From an uncultured Candidatus Saccharibacteria bacterium (GTDB taxonomy: Bacteria > Patescibacteriota > Minisyncoccia > Phycocordibacterales > Phycocordibacteraceae): a DNA stretch of 56,444 nt. The notes under the pieces are model-generated. The model searched no databases, was not told the origin of the DNA, and saw only the letters and a program-made list of their open reading frames with translations. Location: the NCBI GenBank assembly GCA_964615225.1, contig CAZTMV010000001.1, forward strand, positions 1-56,444, read 5' to 3'. The position numbers and the translations under genes are program-made. The first letter of the stretch is position 1, and every line of letters begins with the position of its first letter. This document shows positions 1 to 9,274 of this stretch, piece after piece.

Positions 1-119
1 AATACTACTCGGGCCGGGCATGTCCAGGGACGGGTGGGGCGGTTGATTCGTATGGTGCTTCGGTTGTAGCGAAGGCTCAGAAGTTCCAGCAGGACATCGA
101 CTTCCTTGCAGATAACTAG
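1..119 (+). CDS. 3' end of an unidentified CDS entering from the left edge (partial)
   Basis: Frame 3 is open from the window edge to TAG 117-119 (...AKAQKFQQDIDFLADN*). No recognisable family. It overlaps the lnt stop convergently by 4 nt. Confidence 0.25.
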   Translation, partial: YYSGRACPGTGGAVDSYGASVVAKAQKFQQDIDFLADN

Positions 120-1588
120 CGGACTGGGAGGTCAATCATCAGAGCGCCGGATATATCCCAGGCGCTTTCTGCTATCAATTCCCCGCGCTCATTTATCGCG
201 TAGGCAGGCGATCCATTTGCAGACACCAGCACATACTGTCGGTTTCTAAGCGCGTGCGTTTTGGCAATCTGCTTAAGGCGTTCGTGCAGGAGGCGTGATC
301 CGTTGAACCAGGAATTGTTCGCAAGGTTAAGTAGTACGTCGGTGCCGGTACCTGCAAGACCTGCATACAGGCGAGGCGAAAGAAGTTCGGAGCACAAGAG
401 TCCCCCATACGTAACGCCGTTATAGGTGGCGGGCGTGAGCGAAGACCCTGCGAGTGCAGTCCCTGCGATATAGGAATCGTAGCCGCGCAAGTTGTCTTTG
501 CCCGCAACTGAAATGGCGGCTTGGATGAGCGGCGGCAAATATTCGCCTACGGGGACAAAGAAGATTTTGTCTTGCGAGCCGATGACACCCTCACGTACCG
601 TTTCATAGATAAGTTCAGCGCGCTCGCTCCCGTCGTCTTCTTGCACGATCGACGAGCTGATCACGAGCCCGTCATTGCCGCCAAACAGTGTGGCGTAGAA
701 CTCTTGGCGCGCAGCAGGAGTAAGAAACGGCGCAAGCCCCAAGCTTTCAGGCGTCACGATCACCTCTGCGCCAAGAGCGCCTGCAACCTGCATCGGCCGC
801 AAAACATCTGACGGAGTAACAAACGGGCCGGGCGGCGCATACGACGACACCAGACCCACGCGCACGCTGCGTTCTGTATGCGAAAACGGTAGAAGCAGGT
901 GTGCCGCTAGAAGGGAAAGAGTCAGCACGCCTAGGCCAAGTACTACCGGCAGACGTTTGCGTTCAAGGAGTAGTGCTCCCAGCAGTCCGATACAGGCATT
1001 AAGTCCATAGTGGCCTGCCTGCGCAAGCGGAAGCAGGAGCGAGCTTTCCGTAAGTACGTAGCCCAGTCCTCCGATAGAGAAGTTGGGTGCGAGCATGGAC
1101 TCGGGCGCGAGAAAAAACAGTGCGAACGACCACATGCGGAGCTCCTCGATAGTAACGAGTATGAGTGCGAAGGTGAAAGGTCGATACCAGGCTTCGGGTA
1201 CTGCGCGCACCAGCGGGGCAGCAAGTGCAAAGGGAAGCGTCAGCGAGAGGACGGTGAGTCCATATACAATCCCGACTAGGACGTATTGAATGGCTCCGTC
1301 AGGTATGTTGATCCAGGTCAGGGGAATCGTGTCCCAAAACCACCAGACGCCGCCCATGCTTGCAAGTAAGCCAAAGAGAAATCCATGCATGCTGGCTGCT
1401 TTCCAAGAAGACGCTTGAGTAGAGCTCGCGAAATAGCAAAAGACGCTGGCAATCGCTAACAGCCAGAGCCAGGAAGCTGTAAGAGAGAGGAACGCTGCCG
1501 CTCCTCCGAGAACAGCGAAGAGAACTCCTTGGTGTTTTATAAAGAAAGACACACCGGTAAGTATAGGGGAACTATGCACAGCTGGCAC
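116..1588 (-). CDS. lnt: apolipoprotein N-acyltransferase (Lnt), polytopic N-terminus plus CN-hydrolase domain
   Basis: 490 aa with multiple N-terminal TM helices. The C-terminal nitrilase-type triad context is present: VTPES (Glu), DKIFFVPVGEYLP (Lys, VPxGEY) and LLCSELL (Cys). Confidence 0.7.
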   Translation of the reverse strand: MPAVHSSPILTGVSFFIKHQGVLFAVLGGAAAFLSLTASWLWLLAIASVFCYFASSTQASSWKAASMHGFLFGLLASMGGVWWFWDTIPLTWINIPDGAIQYVLVGIVYGLTVLSLTLPFALAAPLVRAVPEAWYRPFTFALILVTIEELRMWSFALFFLAPESMLAPNFSIGGLGYVLTESSLLLPLAQAGHYGLNACIGLLGALLLERKRLPVVLGLGVLTLSLLAAHLLLPFSHTERSVRVGLVSSYAPPGPFVTPSDVLRPMQVAGALGAEVIVTPESLGLAPFLTPAARQEFYATLFGGNDGLVISSSIVQEDDGSERAELIYETVREGVIGSQDKIFFVPVGEYLPPLIQAAISVAGKDNLRGYDSYIAGTALAGSSLTPATYNGVTYGGLLCSELLSPRLYAGLAGTGTDVLLNLANNSWFNGSRLLHERLKQIAKTHALRNRQYVLVSANGSPAYAINERGELIAESAWDISGALMIDLPVR

Positions 1589-1624
1589 GAATTCGTGTGG
1601 GAAGGGTTATATACTGGTAGGCAT

Positions 1625-3016
1625 ATGAAGACTCTTCTAATTGGCGTCGTTACTATCGCTGCGTTCGCTTTTCCATCCATGGCTTTTGCATGGGGAAATG
1701 CTGCGGGTAACGGTCCGAACTTCCCCGTTAACCTCGATATGTCGTCGTCAGTTACTATAACTGCAACGCCCAACGTCATAACTGCAGGAGAAGAGACGTA
1801 TGTTCGATGGGGCACGTTCTTGCTGTCTGCTGAGGAGCATGCGCAGTGCACCACAAACTTCACCTACACGCCGCGCGCGGGGACCATGACCGATCAGGGG
1901 AATGGGTACTGGGCTATTGAAGACCCAGGAGGTTACTTGAACGACTACCCAACAGCAACCAAGACGTATACCGTTACGTGTCCTCGTTGGTACACCACTC
2001 AGCTGGGACAGACGACGCATCATGATACGCAGACAGTAAGCGTAACGGTGACGGTTGTTGCGGCAAGTAATACCGACCTCACGGCAAGCACGATCGCGCC
2101 AACCAGCATCGTGTCCGGACTTCCCGTTACGTTCACTTCAACGATCTCAAACGTCGGCGCTGAGGCAACGCCTACAGGATTCACGACGCTCTTCCAGCTT
2201 GCCATTGATACTGCTGGTACGCTCGCGTCAGATATAGGAACGTTTGCACGAACAACTCCACTCTCAGCGTCGTCGAACTTTACGGCGACCTATCAGTATG
2301 ACAACCCTCCGCTTGCGGCTAACTCATTCCTCTATCTGCGCTCGTGTGCAGACAAGAGTTCCGGCGCGGACGTAGGATCCATCAGTGAATCGTCTGAGGC
2401 GAACAACTGTAGTCCATGGACGCGCGTCGATATTTCTGCAACTACTATCCAGTGTTCGGATGGCATAGATAACGACAGCGACGGCCGTATTGATACTGCG
2501 GATACGGGCGACTGTACGGGACCGACCGACCCGACCGAGGGAACCGAGGTTACGGCAACCCTTACTGCAAATCCGACTGCCGTGGCGCTCGGAGAGTCCT
2601 CGACGCTTACCTGGTCTTCAACCGGAGCAACGTCTTGTACTGGCATCGGCTTCAACACGAACGGCGCGACGTCAGGCTCCACCTCGGTCTCTCCTGCAAA
2701 TACTGCCAACTACATCGTTACCTGTACCGCTCCTGGCGGATCTGATACCGCGTCAGCAACTGTGACGGTAGGCGCTGCAGCAACCGCAGACATCTCAGTC
2801 GCTCCAGAGCGCGTAGCGTCCGGCAGCTCGGCAACCGTTACCTGGTCCTCAACCGGCGCAACCGTCTGTAGCGTGGCAGGCCCTGGCCTCTCCTCAGCAG
2901 CGGTCTCGGGAAGCCAGAGTGTGACCGTGACCAAGCAGCAGACCTATACCATCTCCTGCGGCACGGCGACTGACTCGGCAACCGTCAACATCATCCCTCG
3001 GTTCGAGGAATTCTAG
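1625..3016 (+). CDS. secreted multi-domain surface protein (CARDB-like domain plus repeated Ig-like TWSSTGA domains)
   Basis: Start moved to the internal ATG giving signal peptide [22 protein letters not shown]. The segment [33 protein letters not shown] is CARDB-like. Two tandem domains are present ([15 protein letters not shown]... and [15 protein letters not shown]...). A hairpin terminator follows. Confidence 0.65.
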   Translation: MKTLLIGVVTIAAFAFPSMAFAWGNAAGNGPNFPVNLDMSSSVTITATPNVITAGEETYVRWGTFLLSAEEHAQCTTNFTYTPRAGTMTDQGNGYWAIEDPGGYLNDYPTATKTYTVTCPRWYTTQLGQTTHHDTQTVSVTVTVVAASNTDLTASTIAPTSIVSGLPVTFTSTISNVGAEATPTGFTTLFQLAIDTAGTLASDIGTFARTTPLSASSNFTATYQYDNPPLAANSFLYLRSCADKSSGADVGSISESSEANNCSPWTRVDISATTIQCSDGIDNDSDGRIDTADTGDCTGPTDPTEGTEVTATLTANPTAVALGESSTLTWSSTGATSCTGIGFNTNGATSGSTSVSPANTANYIVTCTAPGGSDTASATVTVGAAATADISVAPERVASGSSATVTWSSTGATVCSVAGPGLSSAAVSGSQSVTVTKQQTYTISCGTATDSATVNIIPRFEEF

Positions 3017-3030
3017 CGGCTCTTCTCAAA

Positions 3031-3064
3031 ACCGCCCCAGGCTTTGCGGCCTGGGGCGGTTTCT
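3031..3064 (+). terminator. intrinsic terminator
   Basis: accgccccaggc-tttgc-ggcctggggcggt hairpin followed by TTTCT. Confidence 0.7.
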
Positions 3065-3072
3065 GGTATAGT
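3064..3072 (+). promoter_or_regulatory. extended -10 box (TGGTATAGT) 9 nt upstream of the rpmE ATG; leaderless-type promoter
   Basis: TGgTATAGT at 3064-3072, ATG at 3082, no SD in between. Confidence 0.55.
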
Positions 3073-3081
3073 CCCTGGGTC

Positions 3082-3336
3082 ATGAAAACCGACATCCATC
3101 CGGATTCCTACCGCCCAGTCGTATTCGAGGACCTCGCTTCCGGCGAGAAGTTTCTGATTGGCTCGACCATTCGCACCACGGAAACCACCACCTTCGAGGG
3201 CAAGGAGTACCCGAAGTTCACCGTCGAAATCTCTTCGAAGTCCCACCCGTTTTATACCGGCGAGGACCGTACCCTCGACAAGACCGGCCGCGTCGAGAAG
3301 TTCAAGCAGCGCGCAGCTGCCGCAAAGAAGAAGTAA
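3082..3336 (+). CDS. rpmE: 50S ribosomal protein L31 (type B, no CxxC)
   Basis: [15 protein letters not shown]...SHPFYTGE...VEKFKQR; 84 aa. Confidence 0.9.
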   Translation: MKTDIHPDSYRPVVFEDLASGEKFLIGSTIRTTETTTFEGKEYPKFTVEISSKSHPFYTGEDRTLDKTGRVEKFKQRAAAAKKK

Positions 3337-3345
3337 CGGCTTACT

Positions 3346-3378
3346 GTACGCGCCCCGCTTTCACGGCGGGGCGCGTAC
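3346..3378 (+). terminator. GC-rich hairpin after rpmE
   Basis: gtacgcgccccgc / gcggggcgcgtac 13-bp stem with a weak T tail. Confidence 0.5.
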
Positions 3379-3393
3379 GTTATCATTCACACC

Positions 3394-4344
3394 ATGGAGT
3401 ACTCCCCGGATTTTAAGAAGAACTTTGCAACCGCATACCTTGCGGAGGAGTACGAGCGTATCGAGGCGGAGAAAGTCTCTGCGGTAGAGGCTGCAGGGGA
3501 TGATGCGGTGTTGAAGGAAATGGCTGCAGAAGATGTTGCGCGCATTGAGGCTAGGCAGGCAGAGATTTTGGTAGAGATCGGGCGCATTTTGGATAAAGAA
3601 AAAGAGGAGGAAAGTAAGCCCAAAGCGATTGTCTTGGAGTTTCGCGCGGCCGCGGGAGGGGACGAGGCAACGCTGTTTGCCAAGGAGCTGCGTGAGATGT
3701 ACGAGCGTTATGCTGAGACCCAGGGCTGGAGCGTACGTTCTATTGATGACCTGACGGTCGAGATTGCGGGGGAGGCTGCGTATGACGCGCTTCGCTATGA
3801 AACTGGCGTGCATCGCGTGCAGCGCGTGCCGGTCACCGAGAAGTCGGGACGTATCCATACTTCGACTGCGTCCGTTGCAGCGCTCCCGATCCGCACCAAG
3901 CCGAAGTTCGAATTGAACCCCTCGGATCTGGAGATGGAGTTCTCTCGCTCGGGAGGCGCGGGCGGCCAGAACGTGAACAAGGTGGAAACGGCAGTGCGCC
4001 TCATCCATAAGCCGACCGGTATCGATGTGCGCTCATCCTCCGAGCGAAGCCAGAAGGCGAACCGCGAGAAGGCTATGCAGATATTGTCTGCAAAGCTCGA
4101 GAATCTGCACGAGGAAGAAGAGGCCAAGAAGAACGCCGCAGAGCGCAAGGGACAGATCGGGACGGGAGACCGCTCTGAGAAGATCCGCACGTATAACTAC
4201 CTCCAGGACCGCGTCACTGACCACCGCATCAAGGAGTCCTGGCACAATCTGCCGGCCATTTTAGGGGGTAAATTGGACAATATCGTGGACACCCTCAAGG
4301 AGCGGGCGGCCTCAGGGGGTATTGGGCCTGCCGAGGAGGAGTAA
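3394..4344 (+). CDS. prfA: peptide chain release factor 1 (short N-terminus)
   Basis: [21 protein letters not shown] (PxT-type codon-recognition loop) and [24 protein letters not shown] (GGQ motif); 316 aa. Confidence 0.9.
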   Translation: MEYSPDFKKNFATAYLAEEYERIEAEKVSAVEAAGDDAVLKEMAAEDVARIEARQAEILVEIGRILDKEKEEESKPKAIVLEFRAAAGGDEATLFAKELREMYERYAETQGWSVRSIDDLTVEIAGEAAYDALRYETGVHRVQRVPVTEKSGRIHTSTASVAALPIRTKPKFELNPSDLEMEFSRSGGAGGQNVNKVETAVRLIHKPTGIDVRSSSERSQKANREKAMQILSAKLENLHEEEEAKKNAAERKGQIGTGDRSEKIRTYNYLQDRVTDHRIKESWHNLPAILGGKLDNIVDTLKERAASGGIGPAEEE

Positions 4345-4381
4345 GTTGCGGATTAGGGGGTTCTAGCGTATATTTTCCCTC

Positions 4382-5083
4382 ATGACTACCGATACTACGG
4401 CTGGAGTTGGCGTTGACCGCTTGTTTGCGGTGGGCGCTCACTTTGCTCAGGTAAAGAGCCGCCGCCACCCTTCTATGAAGTCCTTTGTCGTTGGAGCAAA
4501 GGCAAAGGTCGAGATCTTCGACCTCGTTAAAACTGATGCCCAGCTTGCTGCGGCTAAGAAAGCTCTCGAGACCCTGTCTCGCGATGGTAAGACCGTTCTC
4601 TTCGTAGGCGGCAAGCGCGAGGCGTCTGATATTGTTAAGACCATTGCGCGCCGCATCAACGCTCCGTACGTTGCCGGTCGCTGGCTCGGCGGTACCGTCT
4701 CTAACTTCGTTGAGATCAAGAAGCGCATTGATCGCCTTGCAGATTTGCTCGGCAAGCGCGATTCCGGCGAGCTCGCAAAGCTCTACACCAAGCTTGAGCG
4801 CGTTTTCATCGACCGCGAAATCGAGCGCTTGTCTGAGCGTCTTGATGGCATCACCGAGCTTCAGAAGCGCCCAGACGCCTTTGTGATTGTGGACACGAAG
4901 TTCGAGGCGCACGCAGTCCGCGAGGCAAAGCGCGCCGGCATCCCGGTTATCGCGCTCATGAGCTCCGATTGCGATCTTAAGGATGCGCAGTACCCAATCG
5001 TGATGAACGATGCGTCTCGCGATGCACTCAAGCTTGTGCTTGATGAGCTTGCAGCTGCCTACGAGGCAGGCAAGAAGGCGTAA
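4382..5083 (+). CDS. rpsB: 30S ribosomal protein S2
   Basis: LFAVGAHFAQVKSRRHPSMKSFVVG...VLFVGGKREA...; conserved rpsB-tsf synteny. TATATT lies 7 nt upstream of the ATG. Confidence 0.85.
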   Translation: MTTDTTAGVGVDRLFAVGAHFAQVKSRRHPSMKSFVVGAKAKVEIFDLVKTDAQLAAAKKALETLSRDGKTVLFVGGKREASDIVKTIARRINAPYVAGRWLGGTVSNFVEIKKRIDRLADLLGKRDSGELAKLYTKLERVFIDREIERLSERLDGITELQKRPDAFVIVDTKFEAHAVREAKRAGIPVIALMSSDCDLKDAQYPIVMNDASRDALKLVLDELAAAYEAGKKA

Positions 5084-5125
5084 GCCTTTGTTCGCTTTTT
5101 ACCCAACACTTACGTTCATTCTTGT

Positions 5126-5707
5126 ATGGATATCTCAACTGATGTAGTCAAAGCCCTTCGCGATAAGACCGGCGTTTCGGTCATGCAGTGCCGCAAAGCG
5201 CTTGAAGAGGCGGGAGGTGACCTTGAGAAGGCTGAGGTGATCCTGCGCAAGAAGAGTGGTGCGGCTGCAGACAAGAAGGCAGACCGCGAGCTCGGTGCTG
5301 GTGCAATTGGTATCTACACCCACGAAGGCGTCATTGGCGCTATGGTCGTGCTTTCGTGCGAGACTGACTTCGTTGCCCGCAACCCAGAGTTCCCAGCACT
5401 CGCACGCGAGCTTGCAATGCAGATTGCCGCAACTAATCCTACCTACGCTTCCATAACCGAGGTTCCTGAGGAAACAGTAGCTAAGGCGCGTGAGGTGTTT
5501 ACCAAGGAGCTTGAAGGCAAGCCTGAGGATATGAAGGAGAAGATCATGGAAGGAAAGCTCGCAAGCTACTTTGCAGACCAGGTGCTCTTGAGCCAGTCGT
5601 ACATCAAGGACGAGTCTAAGACCGTCAAGGATCTTATTACCGAGGCGAGCCAGAAGTTCGGCGAGCGCGTTGAAGTAACACGTTTCGCACGCTTCTCGGT
5701 TCGTTAA
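5126..5707 (+). CDS. tsf: translation elongation factor Ts (short form)
   Basis: VKALRDKTGVSVMQCRKALEEAGGDLEKAEVILRKKS (UBA-like N-terminus) and CETDFVARN. Confidence 0.9.
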   Translation: MDISTDVVKALRDKTGVSVMQCRKALEEAGGDLEKAEVILRKKSGAAADKKADRELGAGAIGIYTHEGVIGAMVVLSCETDFVARNPEFPALARELAMQIAATNPTYASITEVPEETVAKAREVFTKELEGKPEDMKEKIMEGKLASYFADQVLLSQSYIKDESKTVKDLITEASQKFGERVEVTRFARFSVR

Positions 5708-5712
5708 CAGCT

Positions 5713-6120
5713 ATGGCACTTGCGATCGCGATTCTCGTCGTCGCAGTCCTGACATTTGGTTTCTTTGGGCTGACATCGCTTGAAGCTAAAAGCGGCAAGC
5801 GCTTGTTCGCCAAGTCTCGCGAGAAATTCGATGCCGATGCAGACCATGCATTTTCGGTCATGCGCGAAGTGGATCTTGGCAAGCTCATCTTCCACGCGCT
5901 GCATGTTGCGTGGGATCATTTTGTGCATGAGGTAGTGCATGTGATCTTGGTTGCGGTCCGCTTCTTGGAGCGTACCCTGACCCGAATCGCTCGCGAAATC
6001 CGCGGACGTCGTGCGGAAGGCGTCTCGCCGGTAAAGCCGTTTGCTGAAAGCGTTGATCGCATCAAGGCTGCAATGCGCAAAGAGGAAAAACAGGATACGA
6101 TAGAAAACACGCCGTCGTAG
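5713..6120 (+). CDS. hypothetical membrane-anchored protein
   Basis: N-terminal TM helix MALAIAILVVAVLTFGFFGL. It starts 6 nt after the tsf stop. Its last 10 nt, including the TAG stop, lie inside the tRNA-Thr gene. Confidence 0.45.
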   Translation: MALAIAILVVAVLTFGFFGLTSLEAKSGKRLFAKSREKFDADADHAFSVMREVDLGKLIFHALHVAWDHFVHEVVHVILVAVRFLERTLTRIAREIRGRRAEGVSPVKPFAESVDRIKAAMRKEEKQDTIENTPS

Positions 6121-6186
6121 CTCAGTTGGTAGAGCAACGCACTTGTAATGCGTAGGTCGCCGGTTCGATCCCGGCCGACGGCTCCA
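6111..6186 (+). tRNA. tRNA-Thr (anticodon UGU), CCA encoded
   Basis: Hand-folded cloverleaf: acceptor GCCGTCG/CGACGGC, D arm GCTC..GAGC, anticodon stem ACGCA/TGCGT with loop CTTGTAA, T arm GCCGG-TTCGATC-CCGGC, 3' T-CCA. Confidence 0.9.
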
Positions 6187-6187
6187 A

Positions 6188-6517
6188 ATGGAACGCAAGA
6201 CAATTAAGTTTCGGGACTATCTTGTTGAGTTAGTAGTAGATGGAAAGAAAGATTCAACGTGGCGTCTCTTTGATGATAAAGATTTGCAGGAGGGAGACGA
6301 GGTAGATCTGATTAACTGGAATACGAAAGAAAAGTTCGCTGAAGCGATTCTCACAGAGGTGCGAGAGAAAAAGTTGGGACAGTTAGTTGAAGCAGATTTT
6401 GATGGTCACGAAAAGTTTGAGAGCGAGGAAGCTATGTATGCGGCGTACCGCACCTACTATGGAGATAGGGTGGGGCCTGATACGGTCGTGAAGATCATTC
6501 GTTTTAAACGTATATAG
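6188..6517 (+). CDS. ASCH-domain-like small protein
   Basis: 109 aa, KFRDYLVELVVDGKKDSTWRLFDDKDLQEGDEVDLINW... resembles the ASCH beta-barrel. It is visibly more AT-rich than its neighbours, and its ATG is 2 nt after the tRNA CCA. Confidence 0.5.
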   Translation: MERKTIKFRDYLVELVVDGKKDSTWRLFDDKDLQEGDEVDLINWNTKEKFAEAILTEVREKKLGQLVEADFDGHEKFESEEAMYAAYRTYYGDRVGPDTVVKIIRFKRI

Positions 6518-6544
6518 AAAAACCGCCCCTAGGGGCGGTTTTTC
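6518..6544. terminator. bidirectional terminator between convergent genes
   Basis: AAA-aaccgcccctaggggcggtt-TTT, a perfect palindrome. Confidence 0.75.
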
Positions 6545-7219
6545 TTAGGAAGCTTCTGTAGTAGAAGCGCTCTCAAACATTTCCTCAGGGAATACCTTTT
6601 CAAGCTCCTCAAGCGTCGTGAAGCCATAGTGCTGCTTGTCCTCAATCACGAAGGCAGGGAACTGCGGTTTCACCTTCTCGACGGCAATAAGGGTCTTCAG
6701 TGCTGCAAGGTCAAGGTGGTAGTCGAATGAGTACACGCGAAGCGCTGGATAGGTCTGGCGCAGATACGAGAGCGCGTAGCCGGCGCGATCACAGTCCACG
6801 CACTCGCCCTCAACGTTTGAATAGAAGTAGAGGGAGACAACTTGCTCAGAGCCGCAGGTGCGCTCGATGCGCTTGGTTAGAAGGTAGTCGCGGATCTGGA
6901 GCAAGGTGTAGCGCTCCTTGAGGCGCACTACTTCCGGATCGGTTGCGCCCAGGCGCTCCTCGGCGTATGCAAGACGGTCGCCAAGACCTCCGACTTCCTG
7001 AGAGAGTCCGGTGCCTGCGGAAATATCTTCGCAGGGAGCTTCAGCGAGGAGGGCGAACTGCGTCTCGATTGAAAGCGTGTCTGTTGCAAGCTGATCCTCG
7101 ATGGCGCGAAGCTCTGCAACGCGCTGCGCATTGAGGAAGTTAACCGCAAATAAAATAGTGCCGATGATAGCGATGGTGATTGCAAGCGCAATGAGAGCGT
7201 TTCGTGTAGCAAGAGTCAT
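6545..7219 (-). CDS. membrane-anchored thioredoxin-fold protein (CxxC)
   Basis: N-terminal TM helix, then a coiled segment, then VVSLYFYSNVEGECVDCDRAGYALSYLRQTYPALRVYSF...FPAFVI (beta-CxxC-alpha with a cis-Pro-like FPAF). It starts 10 nt after the GT2 stop, so the two are probably co-transcribed. Confidence 0.5.
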   Translation of the reverse strand: MTLATRNALIALAITIAIIGTILFAVNFLNAQRVAELRAIEDQLATDTLSIETQFALLAEAPCEDISAGTGLSQEVGGLGDRLAYAEERLGATDPEVVRLKERYTLLQIRDYLLTKRIERTCGSEQVVSLYFYSNVEGECVDCDRAGYALSYLRQTYPALRVYSFDYHLDLAALKTLIAVEKVKPQFPAFVIEDKQHYGFTTLEELEKVFPEEMFESASTTEAS

Positions 7220-7228
7220 GAAAGTATA

Positions 7229-8482
7229 TTAACCGCGCCAGCCGCGCTTAGTGCCGGTAGCAACGTCTGCAACCGAGCGGATAAGCCAGAACGGAGCGAC
7301 AAGGCCGTAGAGCAAGATCCAGCCGACCAAGTCGACGCTGATGTTGCCAGGAGTCTGGGAAATCCTGCGGCCGACGAGAATGAAGAGAATGGAGCCGATA
7401 AGAGCAATTATTGAAAGGAGTGCGAACATCGTGAGCGGGATGTAGAACCACTCCATGGTGCCCAGTTTCGGAATGAGGTTGGAGAGCGTGTACGAAAGGG
7501 GGACGCCGGAGGTAACGATGACCGCCTGCGTGATGCTGTGAGCAAGCTGCCAGAGCACCACTGCAAACAAGAGGATGCCGCCAACGATCGCAAAGAAGCC
7601 AAGCGGAAGCACGATGGTGCCGAGCGCGCCGTAGCGCGGGTTGCCGATCAAGTCGCGGTAGTCATGCATCATGTTGCGCAGGAAGCCGGAGGTCCAGCGG
7701 GTGCGCTGCTTAACGAGTGCTGGAACCGTGCGCGGTCCCTTGGTGTAGACGCGTGCGCGAACCGCGCTATCAATCGTGTAGCCTGCACGCTGGATGCGAA
7801 GCGCCATTTCCATGTCCTCGGTCTGGTGTCCGTAGCGGAAGCCACCAAGCTCAACGAGTACGGAGCGGCGGTAGAGAGAGAAGGGGCCCGGGGTCACGTA
7901 GAGGCCGTTCACGGCTGCAAGAATATGGCGAAGTGCGATACCGAGGATGAACTCCGCGTTTTGCATGCGCTCCAGGAGGTTGGTCGGCTTATGGATCGAC
8001 ATTGCCGGAGTTGCTGCAGCGACCATCGGATCGTCGAAGCAGGCGACGATTTCGCGCATCGCCTCTGGAGAGACGAATGAGTCTGCGTCCAAGCAGCCGA
8101 CAATTTCCGCGTCTTGCGCGATTTCAATACCCCTGTTGATGGCGCTGTGCTTGCCGCCGTTCTCCTTATGCACCACGGTGATCTGCGGATGGCCCTGATA
8201 TGCATCCATGACGTTCTTGGTGTTATCGGTTGAGCCGTCGTTCACGAGAATGATCTGCAGCTTGTCTGCTGGGTAATCCAGCGCGAGCAGGGAATCAACC
8301 GTTCCCTTGATCGTGCGCTCCTCGTTCCAGCAGGGAACGATCATTGCCACCTTCGGGGTCTTGGTAGAAGCGCCGCGCTTTCTTGCAGCGACCGCTGGGC
8401 GGGACAGGAAGGTCACCAGCAAAAAGGCCTGAAAATAGACGGCCGCGAAGAGAAACGGGTACGCTACGTAGGTGAGATCCAT
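7229..8482 (-). CDS. integral-membrane family-2 glycosyltransferase (processive, QxxRW type)
   Basis: VAMIVPCWNEE...LVNDGSTDNT...GCLDADS...QRTRWTSG, plus N- and C-terminal TM helices. The start was chosen at the internal ATG (MDLTYVAY...) because the longer ORF would overlap pheS and its promoter. Confidence 0.8.
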   Translation of the reverse strand: MDLTYVAYPFLFAAVYFQAFLLVTFLSRPAVAARKRGASTKTPKVAMIVPCWNEERTIKGTVDSLLALDYPADKLQIILVNDGSTDNTKNVMDAYQGHPQITVVHKENGGKHSAINRGIEIAQDAEIVGCLDADSFVSPEAMREIVACFDDPMVAAATPAMSIHKPTNLLERMQNAEFILGIALRHILAAVNGLYVTPGPFSLYRRSVLVELGGFRYGHQTEDMEMALRIQRAGYTIDSAVRARVYTKGPRTVPALVKQRTRWTSGFLRNMMHDYRDLIGNPRYGALGTIVLPLGFFAIVGGILLFAVVLWQLAHSITQAVIVTSGVPLSYTLSNLIPKLGTMEWFYIPLTMFALLSIIALIGSILFILVGRRISQTPGNISVDLVGWILLYGLVAPFWLIRSVADVATGTKRGWRG

Positions 8483-8530
8483 AAGCCCGTAAACGTGAGA
8501 GTAAGTATAGCAAATTGGCCCTCTTTTTCC

Positions 8531-8536
8531 TATACT
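8531..8536 (+). promoter_or_regulatory. -10 box TATACT 6 nt upstream of the pheS ATG (leaderless type)
   Basis: ttcc-TATACT-agagcg-ATG. A divergent TATACT for the GT2 gene lies at 8509-8504. Confidence 0.5.
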
Positions 8537-8542
8537 AGAGCG

Positions 8543-9274
8543 ATGCAGGAAGGAAAGCTCCATCCCATGACGATTGCCATCCGCGAGATCGCGGACATCT
8601 TCGGCCGCATGGGTTTTTCTATTGCGTCAGGTCCCGAGCTTGAAGACGACTGGCATAACTTCACCGCGCTCAATGTGCCGGAGGATCATCCGTCGCGCGA
8701 TATGCAGGACACCTTCTGGACGAAGGAGACTCCTGCGCGCGTCCCGCGTACGCAGACCTCGTCAGTGCAGATCCGCTACATGGAAGAAAAGATGCGCGAG
8801 GGTGCCGCGCCGCCGTACCGCATCGTGGTGCCGGGAAAGGTGTTCCGTAATGAAGCAACTGATGCAACACACGAAGCGCAGTTCTACCAGAACGAAGGAT
8901 TGGTGATTGATCGCGACATTACGCTCGCGCACTTGAAAGGAACCCTCGATCAGTTCTTCAAGGAATATTTGGGAGCTGAGGCGAAGGTGCGTTTTCGTCC
9001 AAGCTACTTTCCGTTCACCGAGCCGTCAGTGGAAGTAGACGTGTGGTTTGAAGCTCCAGGTAAAGAAGGTAAGTGGCTTGAGGTTATGGGTGCGGGCATG
9101 GTGCATCCGCAGGTGCTCCGGAATGCTGGCGTGGACCCAGAGCAGTACCAAGGCTTTGCCTTTGGAGGCGGCATCGAGCGCTTGGTTATGGTCAAGTACG
9201 GCGTGCCGGACGTACGCTTGTTCCATAACGGTGACATTCGCTTTGTGCACGGCTTTGACGAAACTGTCGTATGA
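8543..9274 (+). CDS. pheS: phenylalanine-tRNA ligase alpha subunit, catalytic core only
   Basis: GKLHPMTIAIREI...GPELEDDWHNFTALNVPEDHPSRDMQDTFW...FRPSYFPFTEPS...GFAFGGGIERL. About 243 aa, starting exactly at the catalytic core. Confidence 0.9.
   Translation: MQEGKLHPMTIAIREIADIFGRMGFSIASGPELEDDWHNFTALNVPEDHPSRDMQDTFWTKETPARVPRTQTSSVQIRYMEEKMREGAAPPYRIVVPGKVFRNEATDATHEAQFYQNEGLVIDRDITLAHLKGTLDQFFKEYLGAEAKVRFRPSYFPFTEPSVEVDVWFEAPGKEGKWLEVMGAGMVHPQVLRNAGVDPEQYQGFAFGGGIERLVMVKYGVPDVRLFHNGDIRFVHGFDETVV

Noticed and set aside
3361-4008. 215-aa minus-strand ORF across prfA
   Set aside because: It is antisense to prfA, which carries an unambiguous GGQ motif, and its sequence is low-complexity and Arg-rich.
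8483-8563. Longest-ORF starts for the GT2 gene (8563) and pheS (8495), which would overlap each other
   Set aside because: The extensions lack homology and would cover the divergent -10 boxes. The internal ATGs coincide with the first TM helix (GT2) and the first conserved core motif (pheS).
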